DNA of 64,000 bases from an uncultured Pseudomonadota bacterium (GCA_963770835.1 CAVYRH010000005.1:160001-224000), one strand, 5' to 3'. Positions 48,854 to 58,664 are shown, counted from the stretch's first letter. Notes: generated by a model not told the origin, from the letters alone. Numbers and translations are program-made.

Positions 48854-49258
48854 ATGAGCGTTATTGTTACCATTTTGTTTGTCTTGAACGCTGTGCTGTT
48901 GATCGGGGTTGTCTTGATCCAACAGCCCAAAACAGCTGGAGGATTGTTTTCCGGAACAGGCCAAAGCCTTTTGGGTACGAGTGGTAAAACCTTTTGGACC
49001 AAGTTCACCACTATTTTGGCCGGAACGTTCATGGTGCTTTGCCTTTTAATGTCTATTGTCCACCGCTTTGAGAAAGCACCCAGCTCCGTCACGGATATCA
49101 TCGAAAAGCAGCAACAGCAGGCGGCCTCTCCAGCCCAAGCCGCAGTCACAAATTCAAATCCGTCGGCGGCCAACCCACAACCCCAGGTGAATCCGGCTCC
49201 CCAGGGCCAGGCGGTTCCTAAAACGGTTCCTTCGTCTCCAGGTGATTTGAAGAAATAA
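48854..49258 (+). CDS. secG: Preprotein translocase subunit SecG with Gln/Pro-rich tail
   Basis: Two transmembrane helices, VLIQQPK..GGLFSG and TKFTTILA. Follows tpiA. Confidence 0.85.
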   Translation: MSVIVTILFVLNAVLLIGVVLIQQPKTAGGLFSGTGQSLLGTSGKTFWTKFTTILAGTFMVLCLLMSIVHRFEKAPSSVTDIIEKQQQQAASPAQAAVTNSNPSAANPQPQVNPAPQGQAVPKTVPSSPGDLKK

Positions 49259-49300
49259 GCATTCGGGTAAGGTGAATTTTAAAAGAGGTATTAAAACGTT

Positions 49301-50371
49301 ATGATCAGCGGTAGCAAGTCCCGTTCGACTTTAAAGCAGATTGCCAAGTACTGCGGTGTTTCTCATACCACCGTTTCGATGGTGATCAACCAAAATCCAC
49401 GGATTTCGGCGGAGACACGTGAAAAAGTCATGGCCGCCATCAAAAAGTTCAATTATTACCCTAATGTCGCCGCTCGAAGCCTTGTTATGTCCCGCACCAA
49501 CACCATTGGGATCTTTGGAACCATGTTTGATTCCCCTTATTATAACGAAATCATCCGTGGTATTGAGATGGAATGCCGCCACGCGAATGTTGATTTGAAA
49601 ATCTACAATTGCAATGGCAGCTTGGAGGACTTCAATGATTTTTACGACCGCATCTTGGGAGAACGGCGGATTGACGCGGTCATAGCCTTATCCGTGCCCA
49701 TGGAAGACGCGGTCTTGGAACGTTTCCAGACGGAGGAATTACCCCTTATTATTCTTCAACCCGTTTCAATCGAAGGGCCGAACCATCTTTTGGAAAAAAT
49801 TCCAACTTTGCATGCGGAGGATCGAAAGGGTATTTACAAAGCGGTGGGCTACCTGCTTTCGTTGGGCCACAAAAAAATCGGATTCGTGAATGGCCCTGAA
49901 CATCTGAAGATCTGTCAAGACCGTTTGGCGGGATATCGTGACGCCTTGAGAGACAACAACATTCCTTACCAGGAACAAAACGTCGTTTACTCCCACGTAA
50001 GACCCGACGCCTTTACGATGGACGCTGGTTACCAAGTGGGTCGGGAGCTGCTTGATCAGATTCCAGACTTGACCGCCATTTGTTGCGTTTCCGATACAAT
50101 GGCGATCGGTGTCATTAAAGCGGTCCGCCACAAGGGTAAATCGGTACCAGAGGATGTTTCGATAGTGGGTTTTGACGATACCTACGTAGCCCGGCTGGCC
50201 GATCCATCTTTGACAACCCTGCATCAGCCGCTTTTGGAGATGGGGAAGGCATCAGTAACTTTAACTCACGCGATTTTAAATAAGAAACCAGTGGAATACT
50301 TGCATCGTGGTTTTGATGTGGAACTGATCATCCGCGAATCGACAGGTAGGCCCCGAAAAATCGTCAAATAA
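49301..50371 (+). CDS. LacI family transcriptional regulator
   Basis: TLKQIAKYCGVSHTTVSMVIN, YYPNVAARSL, VPEDVSIVGFDD and LIIRES. Confidence 0.95.
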   Translation: MISGSKSRSTLKQIAKYCGVSHTTVSMVINQNPRISAETREKVMAAIKKFNYYPNVAARSLVMSRTNTIGIFGTMFDSPYYNEIIRGIEMECRHANVDLKIYNCNGSLEDFNDFYDRILGERRIDAVIALSVPMEDAVLERFQTEELPLIILQPVSIEGPNHLLEKIPTLHAEDRKGIYKAVGYLLSLGHKKIGFVNGPEHLKICQDRLAGYRDALRDNNIPYQEQNVVYSHVRPDAFTMDAGYQVGRELLDQIPDLTAICCVSDTMAIGVIKAVRHKGKSVPEDVSIVGFDDTYVARLADPSLTTLHQPLLEMGKASVTLTHAILNKKPVEYLHRGFDVELIIRESTGRPRKIVK

Positions 50372-50560
50372 AAATTCTTTCAAAATGCAATTAAGGTCAA
50401 TGCGGAAACAAGAAAAGGCACTTCCCAAAAAAAACTGTAGAAATTCTCCCCCCGGTTTTTTACCTGTTCAGAAGGTTCTTGCGAATCGATATCAAATGGT
50501 TTTTCTAATCCGATAATCCTATGATCCTTCGAACGAACTTTTCTTGGTTATAATACCCTC

Positions 50561-52168
50561 ATGAAAATGAATTTATCCTCTTTGCAACGAATTCTTTTGT
50601 GTCTCTTGAGCGCAGTCCTTGTTTGGTTTTCATTCCCCAATTTCATCAATAAAACATTGACGCCTCCAGCTGCTTTTTTAGGATGGATCGCGTTAATTCC
50701 GTTTTTTATTTCCCTTTATCAAACCACTCCCCGCCAGGGCGCTTTTTTGGGATGGTTTTTCGGTTTTTCCCAGTTTGGCGGCGTCCTCTATTGGATCGCA
50801 TTTTTAGAAGCCGCCCATTATTTAAGCGGTCCGGCTTGGTTCATTCTTGTTTTTTATTTAAGCCTTTATTTAATGATTTTTGGATGGGTTTATCGATTCG
50901 TCGCGAATTATTTGAAAGGCGCAGTGTGGCTGGCCCCATTTATTTGGGTGGCCTTGGAGTACATCCGTGGTAGCCGTCCATGGGGAGGCTTTTCTTGGGG
51001 TGAACTTGGGTACAGTCAGGCGCCATATCCTTTGATACTGACCGTTACGCCCTGGGCAGGAGTTTATGGCCTGACATTTCTGATGGTCTGGTTTAATGCA
51101 TGGATTTCTCAATGGGCCATTAAAGTCTTGGAGAGCCGGGAAAGCGCTTCGTTTTTTCAATTCCGCCTAAATTTACTAGGTTTAACTCCCGCCCTGGGAG
51201 TCCTGGTTATTTTATTGATGGGAGGAGCGGTTGAAATGAGAACCACCCCTCTTCAAAAGGCCGGTACCGTCGCCATGCTTCAACCCAGCATCGACCAGGA
51301 TGTCAAATGGAGCAAAGAAAACGAAATCGTCACTTACAACAAACTGGAACGATTGGTGTTTGGCGCGAAGAAAGCCAAGCCCAGCCTCATTATTTGGCCG
51401 GAAACAGCAGCGCCGGCTTATTTGCTTTGGGCACCAACGGACTTGGCGCGGGTTATTTCGATCGTTCGCGGATCGAGGACGACGCATCTAGTGGGTTGCT
51501 TGGACGCACGGAAAAAGAAAAATGAACAGGTTCAATGTTTCAACGCGGCCATCCAATTTGAATCGAATGGGAAACCGGACGGTGTCTACCACAAGCGGCA
51601 CTTGGTGCCTTTTGGGGAGTTTGTTCCATTTCAAAAGTATCTGACGTTTCTCGGCCCGGTGGTGGGAGATTTAGGCAATTTCGATTTCGGTGAAAATTAT
51701 AAAAGGTTTCAGGTTAAGGGGTTCAGTTACACTCCGATGATTTGCTACGAGGTGATTTTCCCGGGAGACGTTTATCGGGCTTTTCAAACCGGCGCGGACG
51801 CCCTCGTAAACATCAGCAACGACGCTTGGTATGGCCACACCGCCTCACCTTACCAGCACGCCATGATGGCTGTGGTGAGGGCCGCCGAAGAGCGAAAACC
51901 GCTTCTGCGCACGGCCAACACGGGTATCTGCCTGGCAACCGATCCGTTTGGGCAAATTCTTTGCTCTAGCCGTTTATTTGATGAGACGTGGTTGTCGGCG
52001 GATGTCCTTTTGGCGCCTTCCGCTTCGCGGACCCTTTATTCCCGTTGGGGGAACTGGTTTCCGTGTCTTTGCTGGTGGGTGACGGTTCTTTCGGTTTTAG
52101 CGTCTTGTTTCGTAATGAAACGGCGGAATTCCCGCCAGCCTCCAAGTTTGGAAAATTATGCCGCGTAA
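50561..52168 (+). CDS. lnt: Apolipoprotein N-acyltransferase
   Basis: Catalytic triad motifs WPE, KRHLVPFGE and ICYE, plus NDAW and RTANTG. Confidence 0.94.
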   Translation: MKMNLSSLQRILLCLLSAVLVWFSFPNFINKTLTPPAAFLGWIALIPFFISLYQTTPRQGAFLGWFFGFSQFGGVLYWIAFLEAAHYLSGPAWFILVFYLSLYLMIFGWVYRFVANYLKGAVWLAPFIWVALEYIRGSRPWGGFSWGELGYSQAPYPLILTVTPWAGVYGLTFLMVWFNAWISQWAIKVLESRESASFFQFRLNLLGLTPALGVLVILLMGGAVEMRTTPLQKAGTVAMLQPSIDQDVKWSKENEIVTYNKLERLVFGAKKAKPSLIIWPETAAPAYLLWAPTDLARVISIVRGSRTTHLVGCLDARKKKNEQVQCFNAAIQFESNGKPDGVYHKRHLVPFGEFVPFQKYLTFLGPVVGDLGNFDFGENYKRFQVKGFSYTPMICYEVIFPGDVYRAFQTGADALVNISNDAWYGHTASPYQHAMMAVVRAAEERKPLLRTANTGICLATDPFGQILCSSRLFDETWLSADVLLAPSASRTLYSRWGNWFPCLCWWVTVLSVLASCFVMKRRNSRQPPSLENYAA

Positions 52169-52532
52169 AAAAATGGCTCGGACATTGAAAATAGCTTCTG
52201 TCGGTGAACTGAAGAATGGTGAGTCAAAGAAATTCATAATCCATCGTAAGGATCGTACAACGGAAGCTTTTTTGATTAAAACGAATGACCGGGTTTATGC
52301 TTATTTAAACTTATGCCGACATTGGACCGTAGGACTTGACTTTGACGACAATGAATTTTTTTCGGAAGATCGGGAATGGATCGTCTGTAAGAATCATGGG
52401 GCGCTATACAACCCTGTGACGGGGGAATGTGCAAGCGGGCCTTGCGGGGGAGCCGGCCTTTATCCGGTGCCTTTGTTCGAGAAAGATGATTTTGTCTACG
52501 CTGACGTGGCGCAGGTCAATTGGGGAGACTGA
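52158..52532 (+). CDS. Rieske [2Fe-2S] ferredoxin
   Basis: NLCRH (CxH), CKNHG (CxxH) and TGEC.SGPC. Confidence 0.88.
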   Translation: MPRKKMARTLKIASVGELKNGESKKFIIHRKDRTTEAFLIKTNDRVYAYLNLCRHWTVGLDFDDNEFFSEDREWIVCKNHGALYNPVTGECASGPCGGAGLYPVPLFEKDDFVYADVAQVNWGD

Positions 52533-52539
52533 GTCATTT

Positions 52540-53595
52540 TCAAATTGGATGCAATCCGCGGCGCGTCAGGCCGGTGGTTTCATCCAATCCGAACATCAGG
52601 TTCATGTTTTGAACTCCCACATGGGCACCACCCTTGCCGATGCTGTCCAGCACGCTGAAAACCACGATTCGGCCTCGGACCTCGTCCACATCCAAGCCAA
52701 TGAAGCAGAAATTGGTACCGGAGACACTGTTTACCCAAGGGTAGGGTTTGTACTGCCAGGAAACGCCTTCCTCCATAGGAAGATCATAAGCCTTGACGAA
52801 ATATTCATTTTTATAGAATTCCTTGTAAAGCGCCATGACCTTGGCTCGGGTAACTTTTTTGGTTGGGAAGACATGACAGATATCCAGTATCCCCCGGATG
52901 ATCGGAACGTAAACAGGCGTAAAACCGATTTTTACATTTTTGCCCGATAGAGCTGTCAGTTCTTGCTCCGCCTCATAAGTGTGACGATGCCCCGTAACGT
53001 TGTAAGGGATTAAATTATTGCCGATTTCGGCATGATGCGCGGGCCTAGAAAGGTCGGCGCCGATTCCTGCCGTTCCCGAGAGACCGTCTACAATGATTTT
53101 GGTAGTATCGATCCATCCGGCTTTGACCAGGGGTGCCAAACCCAGAATGGCCGCTGAAGCAAAACAACCGGGATTGGCGATGATGCGAGCCTTTTTAATC
53201 TCTTCCCGATGGAGTTCGGAAACGCCATAGACGGCTTCTTTGGCAAGGTTCCAGCTTTTGTGTTTCTTCTTGTAAACTTTTTCCCAAGTAGTGCGGTCAC
53301 TCAAGCGGAAATCTGCTCCTAGATCGATGACTTTCGCGCCTTGTTTTATAAATTTTGGTGCCAATTCCATGGGAACACCCGTGGGCAGGGCCATGAAAAC
53401 GACATCGCAGGGAGTCGTTTGGTCAGGACGAATGAATTGGATACCGCTACCGTAGAGATTGGGATGGTAATCGGCCACCTGGGCTTCGCTGCGGCTGGTA
53501 GCCCACGCGATTTCAACTTCTGGATGGTCCATCAGAACCCGCAAGACTTCGCCACCCATGTAACCTGTGGCTCCGTAAATGCCGGCGCGAATCAT
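52540..53595 (-). CDS. argC: N-acetyl-gamma-glutamyl-phosphate reductase family protein
   Basis: GATGYMG, DLGADFRL, IANPGC, HRH and VQNMNLM. Confidence 0.88.
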   Translation of the reverse strand: MIRAGIYGATGYMGGEVLRVLMDHPEVEIAWATSRSEAQVADYHPNLYGSGIQFIRPDQTTPCDVVFMALPTGVPMELAPKFIKQGAKVIDLGADFRLSDRTTWEKVYKKKHKSWNLAKEAVYGVSELHREEIKKARIIANPGCFASAAILGLAPLVKAGWIDTTKIIVDGLSGTAGIGADLSRPAHHAEIGNNLIPYNVTGHRHTYEAEQELTALSGKNVKIGFTPVYVPIIRGILDICHVFPTKKVTRAKVMALYKEFYKNEYFVKAYDLPMEEGVSWQYKPYPWVNSVSGTNFCFIGLDVDEVRGRIVVFSVLDSIGKGGAHVGVQNMNLMFGLDETTGLTRRGLHPI

Positions 53596-53644
53596 GAACT
53601 GCCTCCAAGAAATGTTGAAATTCCGAATTTACTTGGGAGATAAA

Positions 53645-53720
53645 TGGCGACCCCAACGGGAGTCGAACCCGTGTTGCCGGGATGAAAACCCGGTGTCCTA
53701 GGCCTCTAGACGATGGGGTC
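53645..53720 (-). tRNA. tRNA-Glu (anticodon TTC), CCA encoded
   Basis: Reverse complement GACCCCATCGTCTAGAGGCCTAGGACACCGGGTTTTCATCCCGGCAACACGGGTTCGACTCCCGTTGGGGTCGCCA folds into a cloverleaf. Confidence 0.97.
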
Positions 53721-53753
53721 AAAAGTTCTGAAAAACCCAAGAAAAGAGTGCAA

Positions 53754-53782
53754 ATTTTAGGGGACAAGGCCAGGGAAGTCAA
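53754..53782 (-). promoter_or_regulatory. sigma70 promoter for tRNA-Glu (and probably argC)
   Basis: Minus strand TTGACT-N17-TAAAAT. Confidence 0.7.
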
Positions 53783-54010
53783 GGAAGGAACATTGTATTG
53801 AAATGTCGATGGAAAAGCCTTGTTCAATACAAACGCTATTAGTGCCAAGAAGTAAATTTACCCAAAGGCCCGCTATTCTTCTGAATAATAGACTTCAAGA
53901 AAATTCACCAGTCGACCAGGTGACGTTGAGGAATTCTGTCGTTATGATACGTTAATCATTATTTGCTGATGGAAGATGTGGTTCGAAAATCGAGGTTGGT
54001 TTTGGGCGGT

Positions 54011-54481
54011 TTGAAAAATCCACTGGATGGACAATGGCGAAAAAAGAAAAAAATAAATCCAAAGGTCCTTTTTGAAACCACTCAGGGAAAGTTCACGGTT
54101 GAACCTTTCCTGGACGTAAAAATAACGTCACAGAATTTTTTGGATTTAGTTTCATCAGGGTTTTACACCGACCTTCTTTTTCACCGCTATGTTCCGGGAT
54201 TCGTGATCCAAGGTGGCGACCCAACCGGGACGGGCATGGGTGGGTCCCCAACAACAATCCCACTTGAAATCACGGAGCACAAACATGATAAGGGAGCCCT
54301 TGGGATGGCCCGTTCCCAGGATCCCGATTCGGCTTCCAGTCAGTTTTATATTTGCTTGGAAGATACACATCAGTTAGATGGTGGTTATGCTGTTTTTGGA
54401 AGGGTTGTTAAAGGAATGGATAACGTTTTGAAACTTCGCCAAGGCGATAAAATGACAAATGTAACGCTGCTAAAAAAATAA
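54011..54481 (+). CDS. Cyclophilin-type peptidyl-prolyl isomerase (start uncertain)
   Basis: [39 protein letters not shown] and [11 protein letters not shown]. Confidence 0.9.
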   Translation: MKNPLDGQWRKKKKINPKVLFETTQGKFTVEPFLDVKITSQNFLDLVSSGFYTDLLFHRYVPGFVIQGGDPTGTGMGGSPTTIPLEITEHKHDKGALGMARSQDPDSASSQFYICLEDTHQLDGGYAVFGRVVKGMDNVLKLRQGDKMTNVTLLKK

Positions 54482-54563
54482 GCCGGGAAGGAGCCATAGG
54501 GCTTCCTTTAAACATGTTGTATAATAACAACAACTTATATTAGAGAAGCGAGGTTCCAAATCG

Positions 54564-55604
54564 ATGGCCATCACCATCAAGGATGTGGCACAAAAAGCCG
54601 GAGTTTCTGTCGCAACGGTTTCCAGGGTCGTCAATCAAAAAGACATCCATAAAGTCGGAGTCAAGACCCAACAAAGAATCGAAAGAATCCTCAAAGAACT
54701 GGGTTATTACCCCAATACCATGGCGCGGGGCCTAAAAACCCGGAAAACCTACAACATTGGCGTCGTTTTCTTCTGGTATGAAAAACCATCACTCAGTGAT
54801 TTTTATTTGACCCGCGTTTTGGACGGCATCATTAGTTTCATCAGTGAAAAGCGTTATAACATATTGATGAATACTTTCAGCCGTCAAATCCAAAATGAAG
54901 GAGTTTACGCGAATTTTGTTAATTCCGGACTTGTGGATGGGGTATTGGCCATCGCGCCGCCGGTTGAGTCCCGGTTTTACCAGGATTTGAAGCAAGGATC
55001 TTTACCTTATGTCCTCGTAAATTATCAAGTCAATGATCCAAACGTTTGCTTTGTCGATTGCCTTAATACCCAAGGTATCATCGACGTGGTGGACCACCTG
55101 ATTTCATTGGATCATAAACGCATTGGATTTATTGCGGGGGATGTCAATTATTCGAAAAATTCGTTGGACCGGTTTAACGCCTACAAATATATCCTCAAAA
55201 AAAGGGGTCTCCCTTTTCACGAGGAACATGTTTATTTTGGAAATTGGAGTGAACAATCGGGAGCCAAAGCCGTAGAAGTTTTCTGGAAAACCAAGAATCC
55301 CCCGACTGCTTTGATCGGATCGAGTGACATGATGGCTCTTGGGGCCATCCGACAACTTCGTAAACAAGGTCTCCGAGTGCCCCAGGACGTGGCGGTTGTT
55401 GGATTTGATGATATTTCTAACGACAGTACACTGACCACTGTCCACCAGCCAGCTTATGACATCGGATACGAAGCCGCCAAAATGTTGTGGAACCAGATCG
55501 AAAAAAGACCCCTTGAATATACGCATCGGTTTTTCCCGACCAAATTGGTAGTGCGCGAAAGCTGTGGTTACTACTTGAAGAATTCCCAAGAACAAAAAAT
55601 TTAA
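54564..55604 (+). CDS. LacI family transcriptional regulator
   Basis: TIKDVAQKAGVSVATVSRVVN, YYPNTMARGL and VPQDVAVVGFDD. Confidence 0.95.
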   Translation: MAITIKDVAQKAGVSVATVSRVVNQKDIHKVGVKTQQRIERILKELGYYPNTMARGLKTRKTYNIGVVFFWYEKPSLSDFYLTRVLDGIISFISEKRYNILMNTFSRQIQNEGVYANFVNSGLVDGVLAIAPPVESRFYQDLKQGSLPYVLVNYQVNDPNVCFVDCLNTQGIIDVVDHLISLDHKRIGFIAGDVNYSKNSLDRFNAYKYILKKRGLPFHEEHVYFGNWSEQSGAKAVEVFWKTKNPPTALIGSSDMMALGAIRQLRKQGLRVPQDVAVVGFDDISNDSTLTTVHQPAYDIGYEAAKMLWNQIEKRPLEYTHRFFPTKLVVRESCGYYLKNSQEQKI

Positions 55605-55624
55605 AATTCAAAAAACTAGGCTGG

Positions 55625-55660
55625 GGTGTTTTTAGATGATGGCTAAAAGCGCCTTCTTTC
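55625..55660 (+). terminator. Possible intrinsic terminator after the second lacI gene
   Basis: GGTGTTTTTAG-ATGATGG-CTAAAAGCGCC followed by TTCTTTC. Confidence 0.4.
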
Positions 55661-55704
55661 CTTAGGCCCCCCCGTAGGATGAATGTTCCATTCCCATATT
55701 GCCG

Positions 55705-55733
55705 TTGAAGGGCTTTGGGAAAGGTGTTATAAA
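55705..55733 (+). promoter_or_regulatory. Putative sigma70 promoter for the glycoside hydrolase gene
   Basis: TTGAAG-N17-TATAAA with a TG extension. Confidence 0.55.
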
Positions 55734-55778
55734 AGCCTGCCCGCGCTTTGATTCCATCCCGAAAAGGAAAAATAACCC

Positions 55779-58664
55779 ATGAAATTTCAGAAGCTCTTTT
55801 TTCCGGCCGTCATTTTTCTTGTCTTCGGACTTCCGCCCATTTCCCACGCTGGACCCGCAGCCGATATCACTGACACAACCGCCCCTCCACGAATTGACGG
55901 GGACTTATCCGATTGGACCAGCCAGCCTGTCATCACGTTGGATAAAAAAGAAAACGTGGTGGTTGGAGTGAACGATTGGACCGGCCCGGATTATTGCAGC
56001 GCTAAAATTTACATCACTTACGACAAAATCAACCTATATATAGCCGCAGACATCACCAGCAAAACTCCCCAGTTCAACAGCCAGGATGCCAGCAACATCT
56101 ATAATGGCGACGCTTTGGAAGTTTATGCCGGGACGGATTTGACCGATCCCAAGCGGACTTCTTATTCACCCACCGACGTTCAATTCATCCTTTCACCCGG
56201 TAAAAATGGGGACAACGCACAGGTTTACAGCGCAACGGATAAGTCACCGGTTTCCGGGGCGAAAGTGGCCACCCAACTAACTAAGACCGGGTACACGTTG
56301 GAAGCCTCTATCCCTTTAAAATTCTTCTATAAGATCAAGGTCGGACTTGGAAAATCTATCGGGTTCGACGTGGCTTTGGACGATGTCGGTGCGACTTCCA
56401 AAGTCCGGACCTTGCAAATGGCTTGGTCTCAGCAAGATAAGAGCTGGCAGGATCCGTCCCAATGGGGCACTTTGACTTTCAAAGGGGATACGGTTTTTGT
56501 CAACAACGAACCGAAAATGGCCATGCCTGGCGCGGTTCAGGCAGACCTGGATCCGAAAGACGGGGCCAAAGGTGCTTCGACTGCGGGCACGCTTTTGTGG
56601 GGTTTCAATGGTGACTTGGGTGGGTTTACAGGCTCAGTGACATCGACCACCGACATTACCAGTGAAGGAACTGGAGCGTTATTAGTAAATACGGATGGCT
56701 CCTCTGGTTGGAATCAAAACCTGGCCGTTTCCACCACCATTCCCATGGCGAACAAGTGGGAGACATTCAAAGCCATTTCGCTTGATGTTTATTTCCCGCC
56801 AAAAAGTTTGGCTAAGGCTGGTTACGGCGAACTTTACATCATTACGCAAAGCCCGGCCAACAATTGGTATGAAATTAAAATGAAAATGAACGAAGGGTGG
56901 AACCACATCAAACAAGAGGTGGATTCCAGCCAATTCAAAGGTGGGGTCACTAAAGCCTACTTTGTTTTTAACTCAGGTGGGCCCATTTCGGGACAAGTAG
57001 CTATTGACAACATTCGCGGACTTGCTAAAGGCGCCGCCACTGTTTTAAAGGGAAAGGTCACCCAAGGTTCGGGTAAACCTGTTGCGGGAGCAATTGTGGC
57101 TGTTGCGAAAAAGCTGGTGAAGACATCGGCTAATGGCGCGTTCTCTATTGAACTCCCAGCCGACGAGTATACAGCCGAAGTTTTTTGTCCCGGATATGAA
57201 GCTTACCGGGAAAACGTCAAAGTTGATTCAACGGCCGAAAATATGTGGAACGTAACTTTGAAACCAACCTCGGCGATCATAAAACCTGCAGTTGTTGACG
57301 CCTTTTTCGACAAGCCGAAAGTTCGTACCATCAATCCACATTACATGTATGGGAACAATATTGCCGCTTGGTACGATCCAAAGTGGTGCACGGATGAAAC
57401 TGGGCTAAAAAAGGCTGAAGACATTTCCTCCTACTATCGGGTTCCAGGTGGCGCTTACGCTAACATTTGGAATTGGAGAACCGGTGAGGTATTCCGGAAA
57501 GACGGCACCACAGTACAATGGACCCCCGACTTCAAATGGCCCCAGATGGTGGACTTCCTAAAAAAGACACATTCTGAGCCGCTAATGATCGCCAATATGG
57601 CGACACTCGACGTCCAAAACTGCTTGGATTGGATTGCGGATGCGAAGGCCCAAGGCTTGACGGTCAAATATGTCGAGTTGGGGAATGAACCTGATTACGA
57701 GGCTGATCTTTTTTATAAAGGCCAGGACCAGTATTGGACGGTCATTGATAATTATTGCCAACATTTCATTGAATTTGCCAAGGCGATTAAATCCAAATAT
57801 CCCGACATCAAAATCATGGGGCCTACCATAGCCCAGGTGGAAAACCACGAGCGCAAAGAAGGTTCCCCCTGGCTGGCGGCGGCGTCCTCTCCCTGGTGGG
57901 TAGAAAAGTTTTTGGAAGAGTGCGGTTCCTACGTGGATGTAGTCTCAGTGCACAGCTACCCCTATTGGAGCAATGACAGCGACACTAATTTGCTTTCCAA
58001 AACCAACCATTGGGCCGAATTTATTCCCAAAATTCGGGAAGCCATCCAGAAAAATATTCCAGATCGCTACAAGCAGATTGAAATCTCCGTAAGTGAGTGG
58101 AACTCAGGGGATGAAAATTCAACTACGGCCCGTTTGGTCAACGGCTTATTTTGCGCGGATTACCTGGCCCAGATGATGCTCTACGGTGTTAACCAGGCAA
58201 ATATTTGGGACCTTTATACCCAAAAACCGGGATTGGGTGGGGGACATGGGGTCCTTGATCCCAATAACGACCCGGATCATCCATTTGCCGAAAGGGCTCA
58301 CTATTGGGGACTTTTCATGATGGAACACCACTTTGGGACGGTTCTTTACCAGGCCGTTGCTACTACGGATGATTTATCGGCTTACGCCAGCACGGCTAGC
58401 GGAAAAGAATATCTGATGGTTATCAATAAAAGTCCCAAAAACGCCTATAAGACCTCAATTAACACAGGAAGTTCCAAGATCCGATTTAAAACCGATTTCT
58501 ACGAATTGAGCTCGAAGGAATACCAGTGGAGTGAAAATCTTTACCGCGCCGTCATTAATTCCGGTCCTAGCCACCTGAAGGGTGGACGGGTCGTTAAAAA
58601 CCGCTTTGAGTACACCTTCCCGCCATATTCCATTACCTGCATTGAGATGACCCCGTCTAAATAA
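55779..58664 (+). CDS. Secreted multidomain glycoside hydrolase: CBM9/DOMON-like, second CBM-like, carboxypeptidase-regulatory-like and clan GH-A catalytic domains
   Basis: Signal peptide; PRIDGDLSDW..GYTLEASIP..IGFDVALDD; LKGKVT..PVAGAIV; RVPGG, ELGNEPD (acid/base), SVHSYP, ISVSEWN (nucleophile); C-terminal YTFPPYSIT. Confidence 0.8.
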   Translation: MKFQKLFFPAVIFLVFGLPPISHAGPAADITDTTAPPRIDGDLSDWTSQPVITLDKKENVVVGVNDWTGPDYCSAKIYITYDKINLYIAADITSKTPQFNSQDASNIYNGDALEVYAGTDLTDPKRTSYSPTDVQFILSPGKNGDNAQVYSATDKSPVSGAKVATQLTKTGYTLEASIPLKFFYKIKVGLGKSIGFDVALDDVGATSKVRTLQMAWSQQDKSWQDPSQWGTLTFKGDTVFVNNEPKMAMPGAVQADLDPKDGAKGASTAGTLLWGFNGDLGGFTGSVTSTTDITSEGTGALLVNTDGSSGWNQNLAVSTTIPMANKWETFKAISLDVYFPPKSLAKAGYGELYIITQSPANNWYEIKMKMNEGWNHIKQEVDSSQFKGGVTKAYFVFNSGGPISGQVAIDNIRGLAKGAATVLKGKVTQGSGKPVAGAIVAVAKKLVKTSANGAFSIELPADEYTAEVFCPGYEAYRENVKVDSTAENMWNVTLKPTSAIIKPAVVDAFFDKPKVRTINPHYMYGNNIAAWYDPKWCTDETGLKKAEDISSYYRVPGGAYANIWNWRTGEVFRKDGTTVQWTPDFKWPQMVDFLKKTHSEPLMIANMATLDVQNCLDWIADAKAQGLTVKYVELGNEPDYEADLFYKGQDQYWTVIDNYCQHFIEFAKAIKSKYPDIKIMGPTIAQVENHERKEGSPWLAAASSPWWVEKFLEECGSYVDVVSVHSYPYWSNDSDTNLLSKTNHWAEFIPKIREAIQKNIPDRYKQIEISVSEWNSGDENSTTARLVNGLFCADYLAQMMLYGVNQANIWDLYTQKPGLGGGHGVLDPNNDPDHPFAERAHYWGLFMMEHHFGTVLYQAVATTDDLSAYASTASGKEYLMVINKSPKNAYKTSINTGSSKIRFKTDFYELSSKEYQWSENLYRAVINSGPSHLKGGRVVKNRFEYTFPPYSITCIEMTPSK

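Noticed and set aside
54011..54481. Cyclophilin as the peptidyl-prolyl isomerase partner of SprA
   Set aside because: No signal or lipoprotein peptide, about 15 kb from the sprA-like gene, and an ordinary cytoplasmic type.
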